Source: Vicingaceae bacterium
GTDB lineage: Bacteria > Bacteroidota > Bacteroidia > Flavobacteriales_E > Vicingaceae
Direction: 5' to 3'
DNA length: 64,000 bases
Assembly: GCA_019429185.1 (NCBI GenBank)
Contig: JAHYJH010000005.1
Coordinates: 2,928 to 66,927 of the forward strand
Under the pieces are notes generated by a model. The model ran no database searches, was not told the origin of the DNA, and was given only the letters and a program-made list of their open reading frames with translations. How positions within the stretch are numbered: the stretch's first letter is position 1; every line of letters starts with the position of its first letter. Position numbers and translations under genes: made by a program. Below are positions 38,352-47,814 of this stretch, piece after piece.

Positions 38352-39257
38352 TTACTTAATGTGTCTTTCTTTTTTTTCGGGATAAATATCTTCTACAATC
38401 ACCAAAATCCCTGTTTCTTCCACACCTCCAAAATCAGGATTTAAAGCTGTTCCAAAAGATTTCATGGTGTCAGAAATTTTCATGTAGGTATTAATTAATG
38501 GAGGAACTGATTCTCCATAGGTTTTCAAGTATTGGTAAAGAGCTTTTAATCCATCATCAAAATTTTTATCTCTAATTAGTTTTTTAATTTCTTTCAAATC
38601 TGATTTTATTTCAATGGGGTGAATTGGAGTTACCAAATTCTCTAAATCGGGAAAATAAGAATTCATAAAATACAGCAGTGCATTTCTTGCTTGTTTGTTG
38701 TAGCTTGAATACATGGTTACTTTTCCAAAAAAATATTTCATGTGTGGATATCGAAGAATAATAGAGCCTAATCCATCCCAAAGGTTATCTAAGGCAAAAA
38801 TTCCTTTTCTAGCTCCATCACCACCAGCCTGATATTTAGGCTGCACCCATGAGCGACCTAATTCTATGGTGTAAGGCAAATATTCTTTAATAAATTTCTT
38901 CGAGAAATTAAAATAATGGTGCGTTGACAATTGAATTTCACCATCAGGTGAAATTGCTTTAGCACAATCAATAAAACGGTAACCACTTACAATTTCTTGC
39001 TCTTCTCTGTCATAAACAATGAGTTGTTCGTAGCAATTTTCCGAAACATCAAACTCATCTAAATCAACATCCTGTCCTGTTCCTCCTCCTGCCATTGAAA
39101 AAGATAGTTCTCGCAATCGACCTATTTCTTGGAGTACATTTGGAGCATTATGACAATTAATAATATAAATATCATTATCGCCCTTGTTCGTTTTTTTTAC
39201 AAAGCGTTCAGAGGCAAGTTCTTGCTCTATTAATTTTCTATCTACAGGTGCTAACAT
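38352..39257 (-). CDS. Hemolysin-like GNAT N-acyltransferase (OlsB/GlsB type, N-acyl amino acid lipid synthesis)
   Basis: LRELSFSMAGGGTGQDVDLDEFD segment and overall size fit the OlsB/GlsB family. It is adjacent to a PlsC-type acyltransferase gene. Confidence 0.7.
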   Translation of the reverse strand: MLAPVDRKLIEQELASERFVKKTNKGDNDIYIINCHNAPNVLQEIGRLRELSFSMAGGGTGQDVDLDEFDVSENCYEQLIVYDREEQEIVSGYRFIDCAKAISPDGEIQLSTHHYFNFSKKFIKEYLPYTIELGRSWVQPKYQAGGDGARKGIFALDNLWDGLGSIILRYPHMKYFFGKVTMYSSYNKQARNALLYFMNSYFPDLENLVTPIHPIEIKSDLKEIKKLIRDKNFDDGLKALYQYLKTYGESVPPLINTYMKISDTMKSFGTALNPDFGGVEETGILVIVEDIYPEKKERHIK

Positions 39258-39270
39258 AGTTTTTTGTTTT

Positions 39271-39321
39271 GCCCCCTAATCCCCCGAAGGGGGGCTTTGC
39301 CATCACTCAAAGCCTATTTAG
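39271..39321 (-). repeat. GC-rich hairpin repeat, 5'-leader copy (uninterrupted reference copy)
   Basis: gccccctaatcccccgaaggggggctttgccatcactcaaagcctatttag. Confidence 0.85.
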
Positions 39322-39327
39322 TTAAGG

Positions 39328-39382
39328 TTATTGTTATTTGTTATTTGTTTTTTTGTTTTTTGTTTTTTGTTTTTTGTTTTTT
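39328..39382. repeat. (TTDTTTG) heptamer tract
   Basis: ttattg ttatttg ttatttg tttttttg ttttttg ttttttg ttttttg. It ends at the stop codon of 39381..40196. Confidence 0.9.
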
Positions 39383-40196
39383 AATCCTTCAGTTCATATA
39401 CTTTATCTTTTACCCATTCTGCCCATTCTTTATCATTTTTTGTTTTATCAAAAGTTTGATATGGAATTGGTTTTCCATAAATAATTTTTATTGTTTTATT
39501 TTGTTGCTTGAATGTTTCTTTTGCCAAAAATAACATTTCTATGTTAACTTTAATTCCTAAAAACTTTCTCATGGCAGCTAATCTATAAAAAAAAGGTGAT
39601 AAATTCCCATCAACTCTTAAAGGAACAATATCTTTTTGGTGTTTTTTTGCTTGAGTAATAAAAGTTTTTTTCCACTCTAAATCCCTCACTTTTCCTTTTG
39701 ATTTTCGGCTTACCAATCCTGCTGGAAAAACAAAAACTGCTCTGTTTGATGAAAAAAGTTCATTTACACTATTTAATGAATCTTTTGAATTACTACCGTG
39801 TTTATTAACGCCAATAAACAATCCATTAAGGTTTTTTAAATGGAGTAAAATATCATTGACAACAAATTTCAAATCTCTTCTATAATCTTTTAATGAAGAT
39901 ACTATTGCCAACGCATCAATACCTCCAAGCGGATGATTTGATGCCAATATACATCCTCCTGATTTAGGTACGTTTTCTATTCCTATAGTTTTAATTTTAA
40001 TATGAAATCGTTCAATAATATCGTGTGCAAAATCGTAATCAAATTTATTTTTATTTTCAATTAAAATAGTGTTAATGTCAACTTGATGAATGGTTTTTTT
40101 TAAATAGTTAATAATAAATGCAGGCAACCATTTTAAGATTTTTGGGTTTTTACTTGCAATGATTTGCTCTACATCAATTAATTTTTGTTCTGACAT
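39381..40196 (-). CDS. Lysophospholipid (PlsC-family) acyltransferase, GlsA/OlsA-like
   Basis: NHPLGGIDA (HX4D) motif and FPAG block. Confidence 0.75.
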   Translation of the reverse strand: MSEQKLIDVEQIIASKNPKILKWLPAFIINYLKKTIHQVDINTILIENKNKFDYDFAHDIIERFHIKIKTIGIENVPKSGGCILASNHPLGGIDALAIVSSLKDYRRDLKFVVNDILLHLKNLNGLFIGVNKHGSNSKDSLNSVNELFSSNRAVFVFPAGLVSRKSKGKVRDLEWKKTFITQAKKHQKDIVPLRVDGNLSPFFYRLAAMRKFLGIKVNIEMLFLAKETFKQQNKTIKIIYGKPIPYQTFDKTKNDKEWAEWVKDKVYELKD

Positions 40197-40255
40197 TATT
40201 TTACTAAATTTGGTGTGCTAAGATAGAAAAAATAAACTAATCCGAAAATAATATT

Positions 40256-40292
40256 AAAAAACCTTCAACGTAATCTATTTGAAGGTTTTTTT
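40256..40292. terminator. Hairpin terminator downstream of the CDGSH gene
   Basis: aaaaaccttcaa / ttgaaggttttt stem flanked by A/T runs. Confidence 0.55.
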
Positions 40293-40306
40293 AAACACTT
40301 TTTTTT

Positions 40307-40543
40307 TTAAAGCTTTGAATGAGTTCCATCACAAAAAGCTCCTTTTGATGAATTTTTACATCCACACCAAGCAACTTTTTTATCTTCATCAAGTACTTCT
40401 ATTTTAGGTGTAAATGACGTTCCCTTGTGAGAACCATCACAATAAGGTTGGTTGGCACTTTTTCCGCAGGCACACCATGCATATTTACCTGATTTTTCAT
40501 CTTTTACATAAGGTGATTTTTGAGCAATTGTTGGTTTATCCAT
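40307..40543 (-). CDS. CDGSH iron-sulfur domain protein (two CDGSH motifs)
   Basis: CACGKSANQPYCDGSH and CGCKNSSKGAFCDGTH. Confidence 0.85.
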   Translation of the reverse strand: MDKPTIAQKSPYVKDEKSGKYAWCACGKSANQPYCDGSHKGTSFTPKIEVLDEDKKVAWCGCKNSSKGAFCDGTHSKL

Positions 40544-40611
40544 AATTATTAGTTTTTATAAGTTTATTAAAAGTCTAAATTAAGCATTTTTTCAGACAAA
40601 CTATTTTTTTT

Positions 40612-41607
40612 TCAAAAAACAGGATGCTCAGGTTTGTTATTCAACGCTTTTTCAATTTCTGCCATTACTTCTGGTGTTAACTTTGATTTTGCTTCAATGG
40701 CTTTAAAGTTTTCTTCTAGCTGACTTAACTTGCTTGCTCCTAACATTACCGTACTTACATTTTCATTTTTTAAACACCATGTAATTGCCAATACAGGAAT
40801 ACTTAATCCCAATTTTTTAGCAATTTTTTCCAATTGAGCTACTTTATTCAAATTTTCTTTAGTTACAACTGAATCTTTTAACCAATCCATACCTTCCATT
40901 ACCAAACGAGTGTCTTTTGGTTGCGATTTTTGATTGTATTTACCTGTCAATACACCTGATGCTAATGGCGACCATATAGTTGTTCCCAAGCCAACTGTTT
41001 TGTAGATTTGATTATATTCTACCTCTATTTTATCTCTGTGCAACATATTATATTGTGGTTGCTCCATAGTTGGTCCAATTAAATTGTACTGTTTTGCCAC
41101 CATGTGAGCTTCCATAATTTCCTGAGCACTCCATTCAGATGTTCCCCAATATAAAATCTTACCTTGCGTAATTAAATTGTGCATCGCCCAAACAGTTTCT
41201 TCAATAGGTGTATTTTTATCGGGACGATGACAGAAAAATAAATCTAAATAATCTAATTGAAATCTTTCTAACGCCTGATGACAAGCCTCAAAAACGTGCT
41301 TTCTGCTCAATCCGTTTTGGTTTGGCTTAGTATTTACAGAACCTCTATATCCAAAAAAAACTTTACTGGAAACCACATAAGAATCTCTATCCCATTTCAT
41401 TTTTTTGAGGGTTTTTCCCATTACTATTTCAGATTCGCCACGAGCATAAATTTCTGCATTATCAAAAAAGTTTACGCCATTATCGTAAGCCAATTTCATT
41501 AAATTTTCGGCAATGTTATTTTCAATTTGCTTTCCAAATGTGAGCCAACTGCCTAAAGAGAGTTCACTTAATTGCAATCCTGATTTTCCTAATCTTCTGT
41601 ATTCCAT
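40612..41607 (-). CDS. Aldo/keto reductase (Kv-beta-like subfamily)
   Basis: MEYRRLGKSGLQLSELSLGSW...FFDNAEIYA...HRPD... is the typical AKR order of motifs. Confidence 0.9.
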   Translation of the reverse strand: MEYRRLGKSGLQLSELSLGSWLTFGKQIENNIAENLMKLAYDNGVNFFDNAEIYARGESEIVMGKTLKKMKWDRDSYVVSSKVFFGYRGSVNTKPNQNGLSRKHVFEACHQALERFQLDYLDLFFCHRPDKNTPIEETVWAMHNLITQGKILYWGTSEWSAQEIMEAHMVAKQYNLIGPTMEQPQYNMLHRDKIEVEYNQIYKTVGLGTTIWSPLASGVLTGKYNQKSQPKDTRLVMEGMDWLKDSVVTKENLNKVAQLEKIAKKLGLSIPVLAITWCLKNENVSTVMLGASKLSQLEENFKAIEAKSKLTPEVMAEIEKALNNKPEHPVF

Positions 41608-41611
41608 AATT

Positions 41612-42874
41612 TTATTGATTTATTTTATAATATGTTGCAAAATCTTTCATCAAAGCCGAAAACATTAAATCTCCCATTAACTTATAGCCTTCGGTAGTTA
41701 AGTGAATTTTGTCTGATTTTGCTAAATTGTATTTCTGCCACGTTTTTATTGAACCCAAACCGCCCATAACATTAAACATATCCCAAAGTCCCGCATCGTT
41801 TTTGGTTGCTAAATTAATCATTACTTCTTTAGCAATTTCAGCTCTTTTGTTGGGATATTTTTTTTTATAATAACTATCGTTGTTTGTTACAAATAAAAAA
41901 TTAACTTTTGGATTTACACGTTTTATCCAAGTAACAAGGGTGTCGTAATTATTTTCATAACATAATTTACAAAAACTAGGGTCGTAAGCATCATTAATTC
42001 CTATGCAAAAAATAACTAAATCGGGCGGAATGGATTGCAAATGTTGCTCAAACAAGGTGCATCTGAGGTAACTCGATGTACTTGATCCATTCACACCAAT
42101 TGCATTATAAACAATTCCTGGGTCGTTATTTTCTATGCTTAATCCATACAAATCAAATTGAGTTTTTGATGAATCTGTTTTATAAATTAAAAATTCCAGT
42201 TTATCGGAATAGTTCGCCAATTCAAAAACCGTATAACCTATTTCATAATTGGTGCAAATGGAAACCACCGAGTCAGAAATTAATTGTATGCAGTAACTTG
42301 AGGCTGAATCTATATTATGAAAAATTTTGATGCGTTTAAAATCGTAATAAGGTGTATTATCGCCTCTAAAATTTATTTTAAACGAAGCAACACTATCGGT
42401 TGTTGAGGCTGTTATACCCGAGACTCCCCAAACAGCTTGATGTTTACTTACCGAGTTTCTAAACCCTTGCCATTCGCCTGTATAACTAACATCATAATAA
42501 TAAGGGTTATTTGTTTTGGCTAATTTGTAAGGAAATAAAAAACCTCTTCCTCCATTAAGGTTGGGTGAAAGTTGCTGAAAATTTTTCCGTAATTGATCTG
42601 ACCAAACATCTGCTTGAATGTGCGAACCACCAATTTGCATGATGTTTATTTTACCTCTCCCTTCAGAAATTAAGGTATCTAACTTGCTATAAAAAGTATT
42701 GAAATTTGCACTATCGTTATAAAAATGAACATAATTTGAATCATACTGCACAACATCATATTGAGGCAGTATATGCGGATTTGATTGGGCTTTCACTAAT
42801 TGTGAATGAATTAGAAAGATTAAAAATGTTATTCTTATTAAATTGTTACTCATAATGTTTTTTTTATTTTGCAT
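41612..42874 (-). CDS. SGNH/GDSL-like hydrolase-family protein (block I reads GGSH)
   Basis: IMQIGGSHIQAD (block I, Ser retained, Asp replaced by Gly) and DKIHLT (block V DxxH). Signal peptide present. Confidence 0.65.
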   Translation of the reverse strand: MQNKKNIMSNNLIRITFLIFLIHSQLVKAQSNPHILPQYDVVQYDSNYVHFYNDSANFNTFYSKLDTLISEGRGKINIMQIGGSHIQADVWSDQLRKNFQQLSPNLNGGRGFLFPYKLAKTNNPYYYDVSYTGEWQGFRNSVSKHQAVWGVSGITASTTDSVASFKINFRGDNTPYYDFKRIKIFHNIDSASSYCIQLISDSVVSICTNYEIGYTVFELANYSDKLEFLIYKTDSSKTQFDLYGLSIENNDPGIVYNAIGVNGSSTSSYLRCTLFEQHLQSIPPDLVIFCIGINDAYDPSFCKLCYENNYDTLVTWIKRVNPKVNFLFVTNNDSYYKKKYPNKRAEIAKEVMINLATKNDAGLWDMFNVMGGLGSIKTWQKYNLAKSDKIHLTTEGYKLMGDLMFSALMKDFATYYKINQ

Positions 42875-42990
42875 AGTTCATAACTTTTGGAATAATCTCT
42901 ACATTCACAAATTGTTACACTTTCAAATTGATACATTCTCACATTTTTGTCACGCAGATAACGCAGATTTTCGCAGAAATAAACCCTTAT

Positions 42991-43165
42991 TCACTATTCA
43001 CCATTCACTATTCACCATTCACTATTCACCATTCACTATTCACCATTCACCATTCACTATTCACCATTCACTATTCACCATTCACCATTCACCATTCACC
43101 ATTCACCATTCACTATTCACCATTCACTATTCACTATTCACCATTCACCATTCACTATTCACATT
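42991..43165. repeat. Heptanucleotide microsatellite (TCACYAT) x24 plus one degenerate unit
   Basis: Counted unit by unit. There are 24 perfect 7-mers from 42991 to 43158, with only position 5 alternating C/T. Confidence 0.95.
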
Positions 43166-44594
43166 ATTCCAACTTATACTCCACATACATTTCTACTATT
43201 TTTTTATAAAATTCTTCAGCTATTTTTTTGGCTCCTTCGGGCGTAAAATGCGTGTAATCGGATGCTGCCAAAGCTGGCTCAGCATTTACCCAGTTGGGCA
43301 TCGAATTTTTCCCTCCCATTACTTCATACATATCCCAAAAAACGCAATCGGTGGTGAGTGCAGCTTCTTTTAGTGCATCTCGCACGTTTTCTAAAAAAGG
43401 ATACGTAACATAATCGGTTTTTTCTTTAATAGACATATCACTTGGACCTATCACAATAAACGCAGCGTTTGGATTCATTTTTTTAAGAAAATAAATTTGC
43501 GATTTAAACCAATTTCCGTAATCTAAACATTCTTTTTCTGATTTGATGTAGGGCATTACATTTCCTCCAAACTGCAAAATAATTAAATTAGGCGAAAGAT
43601 TGGCATAGGCATTTGCCATTAGCGTTTTATCTAACTTACTAAACACAGTACCCGATGAACCTCTGAGCGGAATGTTATCCATTACAACGCCTGTTTTCCC
43701 TTCTATGGAAATACCATAAACATCGGGACTATCTTTACCGCTAAATGTAATTTTAATTTCTTCGGGGGTTTTATCGAAAGTTGTTTTTAATTCAATAAAT
43801 GGTGAATTAGGTGGGATTATTCCTTCCTTAACAACTTCATTATCTGCTAAAATTTTATAAGAAACAGGTACAAGTGCGTTGCTTAGTAAAATACGCAACA
43901 TCGCATAATTTTTTGTTTGACTATAAGCTGCCCGAGGTTTTTTTATAGAAACCCACGCTTCAAAATTTGTGCTGTTTTCAGTAAATATAGTGGTGTTTGG
44001 TATTGGAGCAAACCTACTCATACTAATTAAAGGACCATAGTTATTATGTGTAACGGTTGAATCTTTGAGTCCAAAACCAGGGTAGCGTTTCCAATTATCT
44101 GAATAGGAAATATTTACGCTCATTTTTGGGGCGATATCAACCACAGGAAAAAGTCCTGCTCCGTTTCCTCCAAATTTTTTCTGCAATTCGTTTCTGATGT
44201 AGGACGTAATTCGATCTACTTCAATTTGCGAATCGCCATAGTGCATAATGCGTACTTTCTTTTTTTTAGCATTATCCAATGCATCAAAAAAACGATATAA
44301 GGCTGGTTTTGATTTATCAGAAACCTGAAAGTTTTTACGAAAATTATGCAACGAATCTAACCGATGTTGAATAAGAGCCGAATCTATAACACTTAATTGA
44401 GCTATTTCGGTGGAATCAAAAAGGTTGGCTATGTCTTTTTCATAATGTGCAATACTATCGTTATTAGTATCTATTCCAAAAAATGCTGTTGGTGCTGGAA
44501 ATTGGAGTTTATAGCTTCCTATTTGTATGCCTTTTTCAGGAAAAACAAACATCACAACCGCTAACAACAACATTGTTGCTAACAAAAAAAACAA
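43164..44594 (-). CDS. SGNH/GDSL hydrolase-family protein
   Basis: IMHYGDSQIE (block I GDS) and DYTHFT (block V DxxH). N-terminal membrane anchor. Confidence 0.7.
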   Translation of the reverse strand: MFFLLATMLLLAVVMFVFPEKGIQIGSYKLQFPAPTAFFGIDTNNDSIAHYEKDIANLFDSTEIAQLSVIDSALIQHRLDSLHNFRKNFQVSDKSKPALYRFFDALDNAKKKKVRIMHYGDSQIEVDRITSYIRNELQKKFGGNGAGLFPVVDIAPKMSVNISYSDNWKRYPGFGLKDSTVTHNNYGPLISMSRFAPIPNTTIFTENSTNFEAWVSIKKPRAAYSQTKNYAMLRILLSNALVPVSYKILADNEVVKEGIIPPNSPFIELKTTFDKTPEEIKITFSGKDSPDVYGISIEGKTGVVMDNIPLRGSSGTVFSKLDKTLMANAYANLSPNLIILQFGGNVMPYIKSEKECLDYGNWFKSQIYFLKKMNPNAAFIVIGPSDMSIKEKTDYVTYPFLENVRDALKEAALTTDCVFWDMYEVMGGKNSMPNWVNAEPALAASDYTHFTPEGAKKIAEEFYKKIVEMYVEYKLE

Positions 44595-44629
44595 GGTTAT
44601 TTTTGGAGAAACCTTCTTATTTAAGGGTG

Positions 44630-46084
44630 TTATTTGCTCGGTATTTTTAATTCTTGTCCTATTTTTAAGTTGGCATCAATTTTATTAAATTTCATAATGT
44701 CGTCTGCTGAAATTCCAGGATATTTTTTTGCAATTATCCACAAATTATCGCCCGATTTAACTGTATATATTGCAGAATATGAAGTAGAATTAACGGGTTG
44801 TTCTTTGGGCTTTTTTTCTTGTATGATAGCAGTAGAATCCTTTTCAACAACAGGTTCAGGTGCTGCATCTTGCTTAAATTCAGTTCCATAAATTTTTAAT
44901 TGTTGCCCAATCTCAATGCGTGTTCCCGATAAGTTATTCCAACTTTGAAGTTGCGTAACGGTTACCTTATGTTTTTCGGCAATTATTCCCAACACATCGC
45001 CCGATTTTATTTTATAAACAATAAATTCTCCTTCTTCAATTGTTGGTATAGTATCAATTTTTTCCTTTGGTGTTGGTTTATAAAGTATGGAATCTTGATA
45101 AAAATAAATACTGTCTTTTTGAGCTAAAAATTGTGTTTTTAGTTTAGTTGGAAATTTTACGACAGTGTTTTTAGGAATTAAATTTTGTAGAAGCTTCGGA
45201 TTTAAAAATTGTATTTCTTTGCTATCCGCTTTCAATACATCGTCTATTGCTTTTAAATCGAGTTTTTTAGCAATAAAAACAGTATCTGCATCAACAATAG
45301 GGTTTAGCTGAACAGCTTCAAAATCATCATAATTAGATAAAAGCAACATCGCCACAAAAGCATTCACAAAATCGTTGGTTTGTGTTGGAAGTAGCTCATA
45401 AATAGCTTTATAATCTTTTTTATTGGTTCGCTGCATTGCTTTGTTTACATTTACTACTCCGCAAGAATAGGCTGCTAATGTTAGTTCCCAATTGTTGTAT
45501 AACGTATGCAAGTCTTTTAAATAACGTGTTGCTGCTTGGGTAGCTTTGTTGAAATCTCTGCGTTCATCAATGTTTTCATTAACGGTTAAACCATATTTAA
45601 TTGCTTGTGGATAGTATAAATGCCAAAACCCCTCTCCTCCTATTCCATTACTCGAAAAAGGATTAAACGCTGAACAAACCAACGGAACAAGATTTAATTC
45701 TTTTGGTAAATTGTTATACGTTAAATTAGAATCGATAATGGATTGATAATAATGCAACAAACTCATTGCAGTTGGCATTTTGTAGGCTTTAGCCGAAAAA
45801 TAATAAGGCACATAATGATTTTCGGAAAATTGTGTTGGAAAACTGTGTGAAAAAGGCTTTTCTGCAAACAAAAAAGTAGTATCTATTGTAATCGGTTTGC
45901 CTTTATAATTAATGTGTTTGGGTGGTTTTTCTCCTGAAATTTCAATTAATCTTTTACTATAAGTGTTTTTTGTTATTTCCTCATATTCAATTTTATACAC
46001 ACTTTCTTTTGTTTTTTTTTGAGCCAACAAAAAAGTAGAAAAAAGAAATAAGATAATAAGGGTAAGCGTTATTTGTTTAATCAT
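44630..46084 (-). CDS. MltD-like protein: SLT (lytic transglycosylase) fold plus two C-terminal LysM domains
   Basis: SLT-like block VCSAFNPFSSNGIGGEGFWHL. LysM repeats YKIKSGDVLGIIAEKHKVTVTQLQSWNNL and YTVKSGDNLWIIAKKYPGISADDIMKFNKI. Start chosen at MIKQITLTLIILF (the ORF extends to 46141). Confidence 0.75.
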   Translation of the reverse strand: MIKQITLTLIILFLFSTFLLAQKKTKESVYKIEYEEITKNTYSKRLIEISGEKPPKHINYKGKPITIDTTFLFAEKPFSHSFPTQFSENHYVPYYFSAKAYKMPTAMSLLHYYQSIIDSNLTYNNLPKELNLVPLVCSAFNPFSSNGIGGEGFWHLYYPQAIKYGLTVNENIDERRDFNKATQAATRYLKDLHTLYNNWELTLAAYSCGVVNVNKAMQRTNKKDYKAIYELLPTQTNDFVNAFVAMLLLSNYDDFEAVQLNPIVDADTVFIAKKLDLKAIDDVLKADSKEIQFLNPKLLQNLIPKNTVVKFPTKLKTQFLAQKDSIYFYQDSILYKPTPKEKIDTIPTIEEGEFIVYKIKSGDVLGIIAEKHKVTVTQLQSWNNLSGTRIEIGQQLKIYGTEFKQDAAPEPVVEKDSTAIIQEKKPKEQPVNSTSYSAIYTVKSGDNLWIIAKKYPGISADDIMKFNKIDANLKIGQELKIPSK

Positions 46085-46247
46085 TTTTTGTTTATAAACT
46101 GTTTTTCTGTATGGGCAATGGCGGATTAAAAAGCACTTCACTTTCAGTTTGACAAAGACTTTTATTAAAAGCTCTGACTTTTGTCCCGATAGCTATCGGG
46201 ATAGCACTAAACCCACTATTTCTTATACACGATGTGCCCATAGTTTT

Positions 46248-46970
46248 CTATTTTTCGATTTCAAAATAGTTCATTAATTCCATATAATTATCTTGTGCAG
46301 ATAGACAAGTGTCAATCAAATAATCTTTTATTTTATGGTATTCAGTCAATCCTCTATAATAGAAAAACTTAAATTCATCCTCAATAATAAATGGGACAAT
46401 ATTATTCTTTAGGCATTCTTTAAACATTATGAGTCTTCCAACTCTCCCATTCCCGTCTTGAAATGGGTGAATTTTCTCAAATTCATAATGAAAATCAATA
46501 ATATCATAAATTTCAATATTTTTCTTTTTATGATAAGTCTCCAACAACTCATTAATGTGTTGTTCTACCTCATTTGGTTTAGATGTTTCAATTCCTCCAA
46601 CAACATTAGGCTTTGACTTATATGCCCCAACTTTAAACCATTCTTTTTTTGAGTCAGAAGTGTTTAACTTTAAAAGTTTATGAAATTTTTTAATGTGTTT
46701 TTCAGATAGCGGTTCGTTAGCTATTTTTAGCAAATAATCAAAACACTGAAAATGATTCACTGTTTCAATAATATCGTCAATATTTGCGGTATTTGTTCCT
46801 TCTTCAGTAAATAAGGTGTTGGTTTCGTAAATATATCTTGTTTGCTCTTCAGATAATTTACTGCCTTCAATTCTGTTGGTATTGTAAGTTAGTTTTATTT
46901 GAGTTTTATGATAAACCCCACCTTTTAGATTGCTTGATTTTTCTTCTTGTAATGTTTCTAAAAGTTTCAT
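46248..46970 (-). CDS. Fic-family protein
   Basis: HPFQDGNGRVGR Fic motif. N-terminal TNRIEG fits the (S/T)xxxE(G/N) inhibitory motif. Confidence 0.85.
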   Translation of the reverse strand: MKLLETLQEEKSSNLKGGVYHKTQIKLTYNTNRIEGSKLSEEQTRYIYETNTLFTEEGTNTANIDDIIETVNHFQCFDYLLKIANEPLSEKHIKKFHKLLKLNTSDSKKEWFKVGAYKSKPNVVGGIETSKPNEVEQHINELLETYHKKKNIEIYDIIDFHYEFEKIHPFQDGNGRVGRLIMFKECLKNNIVPFIIEDEFKFFYYRGLTEYHKIKDYLIDTCLSAQDNYMELMNYFEIEK

Positions 46971-47034
46971 TAATATAGATAAATTTAATTAGCGAAGATA
47001 CTTTTTCTTTTTGAAGTTTTTCTGTTTGTTGCTT

Positions 47035-47814
47035 TTAAATTATGGGCAAACTATTAGGCAGCATCAACAAAAAAGGAAGTGCTTTACTGTAGTTGAGTTC
47101 GGTATATTCCAATCCTAATTTTCTAAGGTTATTATAATAAATTTGATGCTGTTCATAATAATTGCGTTCGCTAGGAACAAACCAAGCTTTTTCTCCCAGT
47201 TTCTGCCCTAAAAACCATTTTTCAAAAAGCCTTCCACACCTGCCATTTCCATCATTAAACGGATGAATTTTAACAAATACTAAATGAATTATTGACGCAA
47301 AAAAGAACACTTCTTGTAGGGTTAGTTTTTGTTTTAAAAGCAATTCAATATTCCTATAAAAATTTTTCATTTCGGCTTCTACTTCTTGGGGTAAAGCAGC
47401 TACATACTCAATCTTTCCATCGGGCGAAGTAACATACATATTAGTTGTTCGCAACTTGCCTTGCCAGTGCTTTGCAACAAGGTGTTTGCTCAATAATTGA
47501 TGTGCTTTACTTATAGTTGTTTTATTCAACACATTGGTTTTTGCAAAAGTATAAGCATTATACAAATCATCAATTTTTTTAGTATAATCGGGTAAAAAGG
47601 AAATTCCGAATTTTTTATGTTTGATATAACTATCTATATCAATGTCTTCTCCTTCTATTTTACTTGAATATACGGAAGCTACCGAAGTGTAAAAGCTAAA
47701 TGTATCGGTAGAAATTTCTGCTTCTTCCAACGCATTAAAATTTTCTTGTAATTTGTTTGGAATTTCTTTTAGATAATCCGAAAATAATTCGTTTTTTATA
47801 TTGTTAAAATCCAT
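47035..47814 (-). CDS. Fic-family protein
   Basis: HPFNDGNGRCGR Fic motif. N-terminal SSKIEG inhibitory-type motif. Confidence 0.85.
   Translation of the reverse strand: MDFNNIKNELFSDYLKEIPNKLQENFNALEEAEISTDTFSFYTSVASVYSSKIEGEDIDIDSYIKHKKFGISFLPDYTKKIDDLYNAYTFAKTNVLNKTTISKAHQLLSKHLVAKHWQGKLRTTNMYVTSPDGKIEYVAALPQEVEAEMKNFYRNIELLLKQKLTLQEVFFFASIIHLVFVKIHPFNDGNGRCGRLFEKWFLGQKLGEKAWFVPSERNYYEQHQIYYNNLRKLGLEYTELNYSKALPFLLMLPNSLPII

Noticed and set aside
39264-39533. ORF 39264..39533(+) and ORF 33580..34026(+), both with Phe/Leu/Cys-rich low-complexity products
   Set aside because: They are generated by the (TTDTTTG)n tracts and by antisense reading of real genes. There is no coding signal.
42991-43165. 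Iterons or a replication origin
   Set aside because: The units are 7 bp and contiguous, whereas iterons are typically longer and spaced. There is no rep or dnaA gene, DnaA boxes or AT-rich unwinding element nearby.
42843-43373. ORFs 42843..43373 and 42928..43209 encoding HSLFTIHHSPFTI-type repeats
   Set aside because: They are translations of the TCACYAT microsatellite in two frames. They have no start context and are antisense to a well-supported gene at their 3' part.
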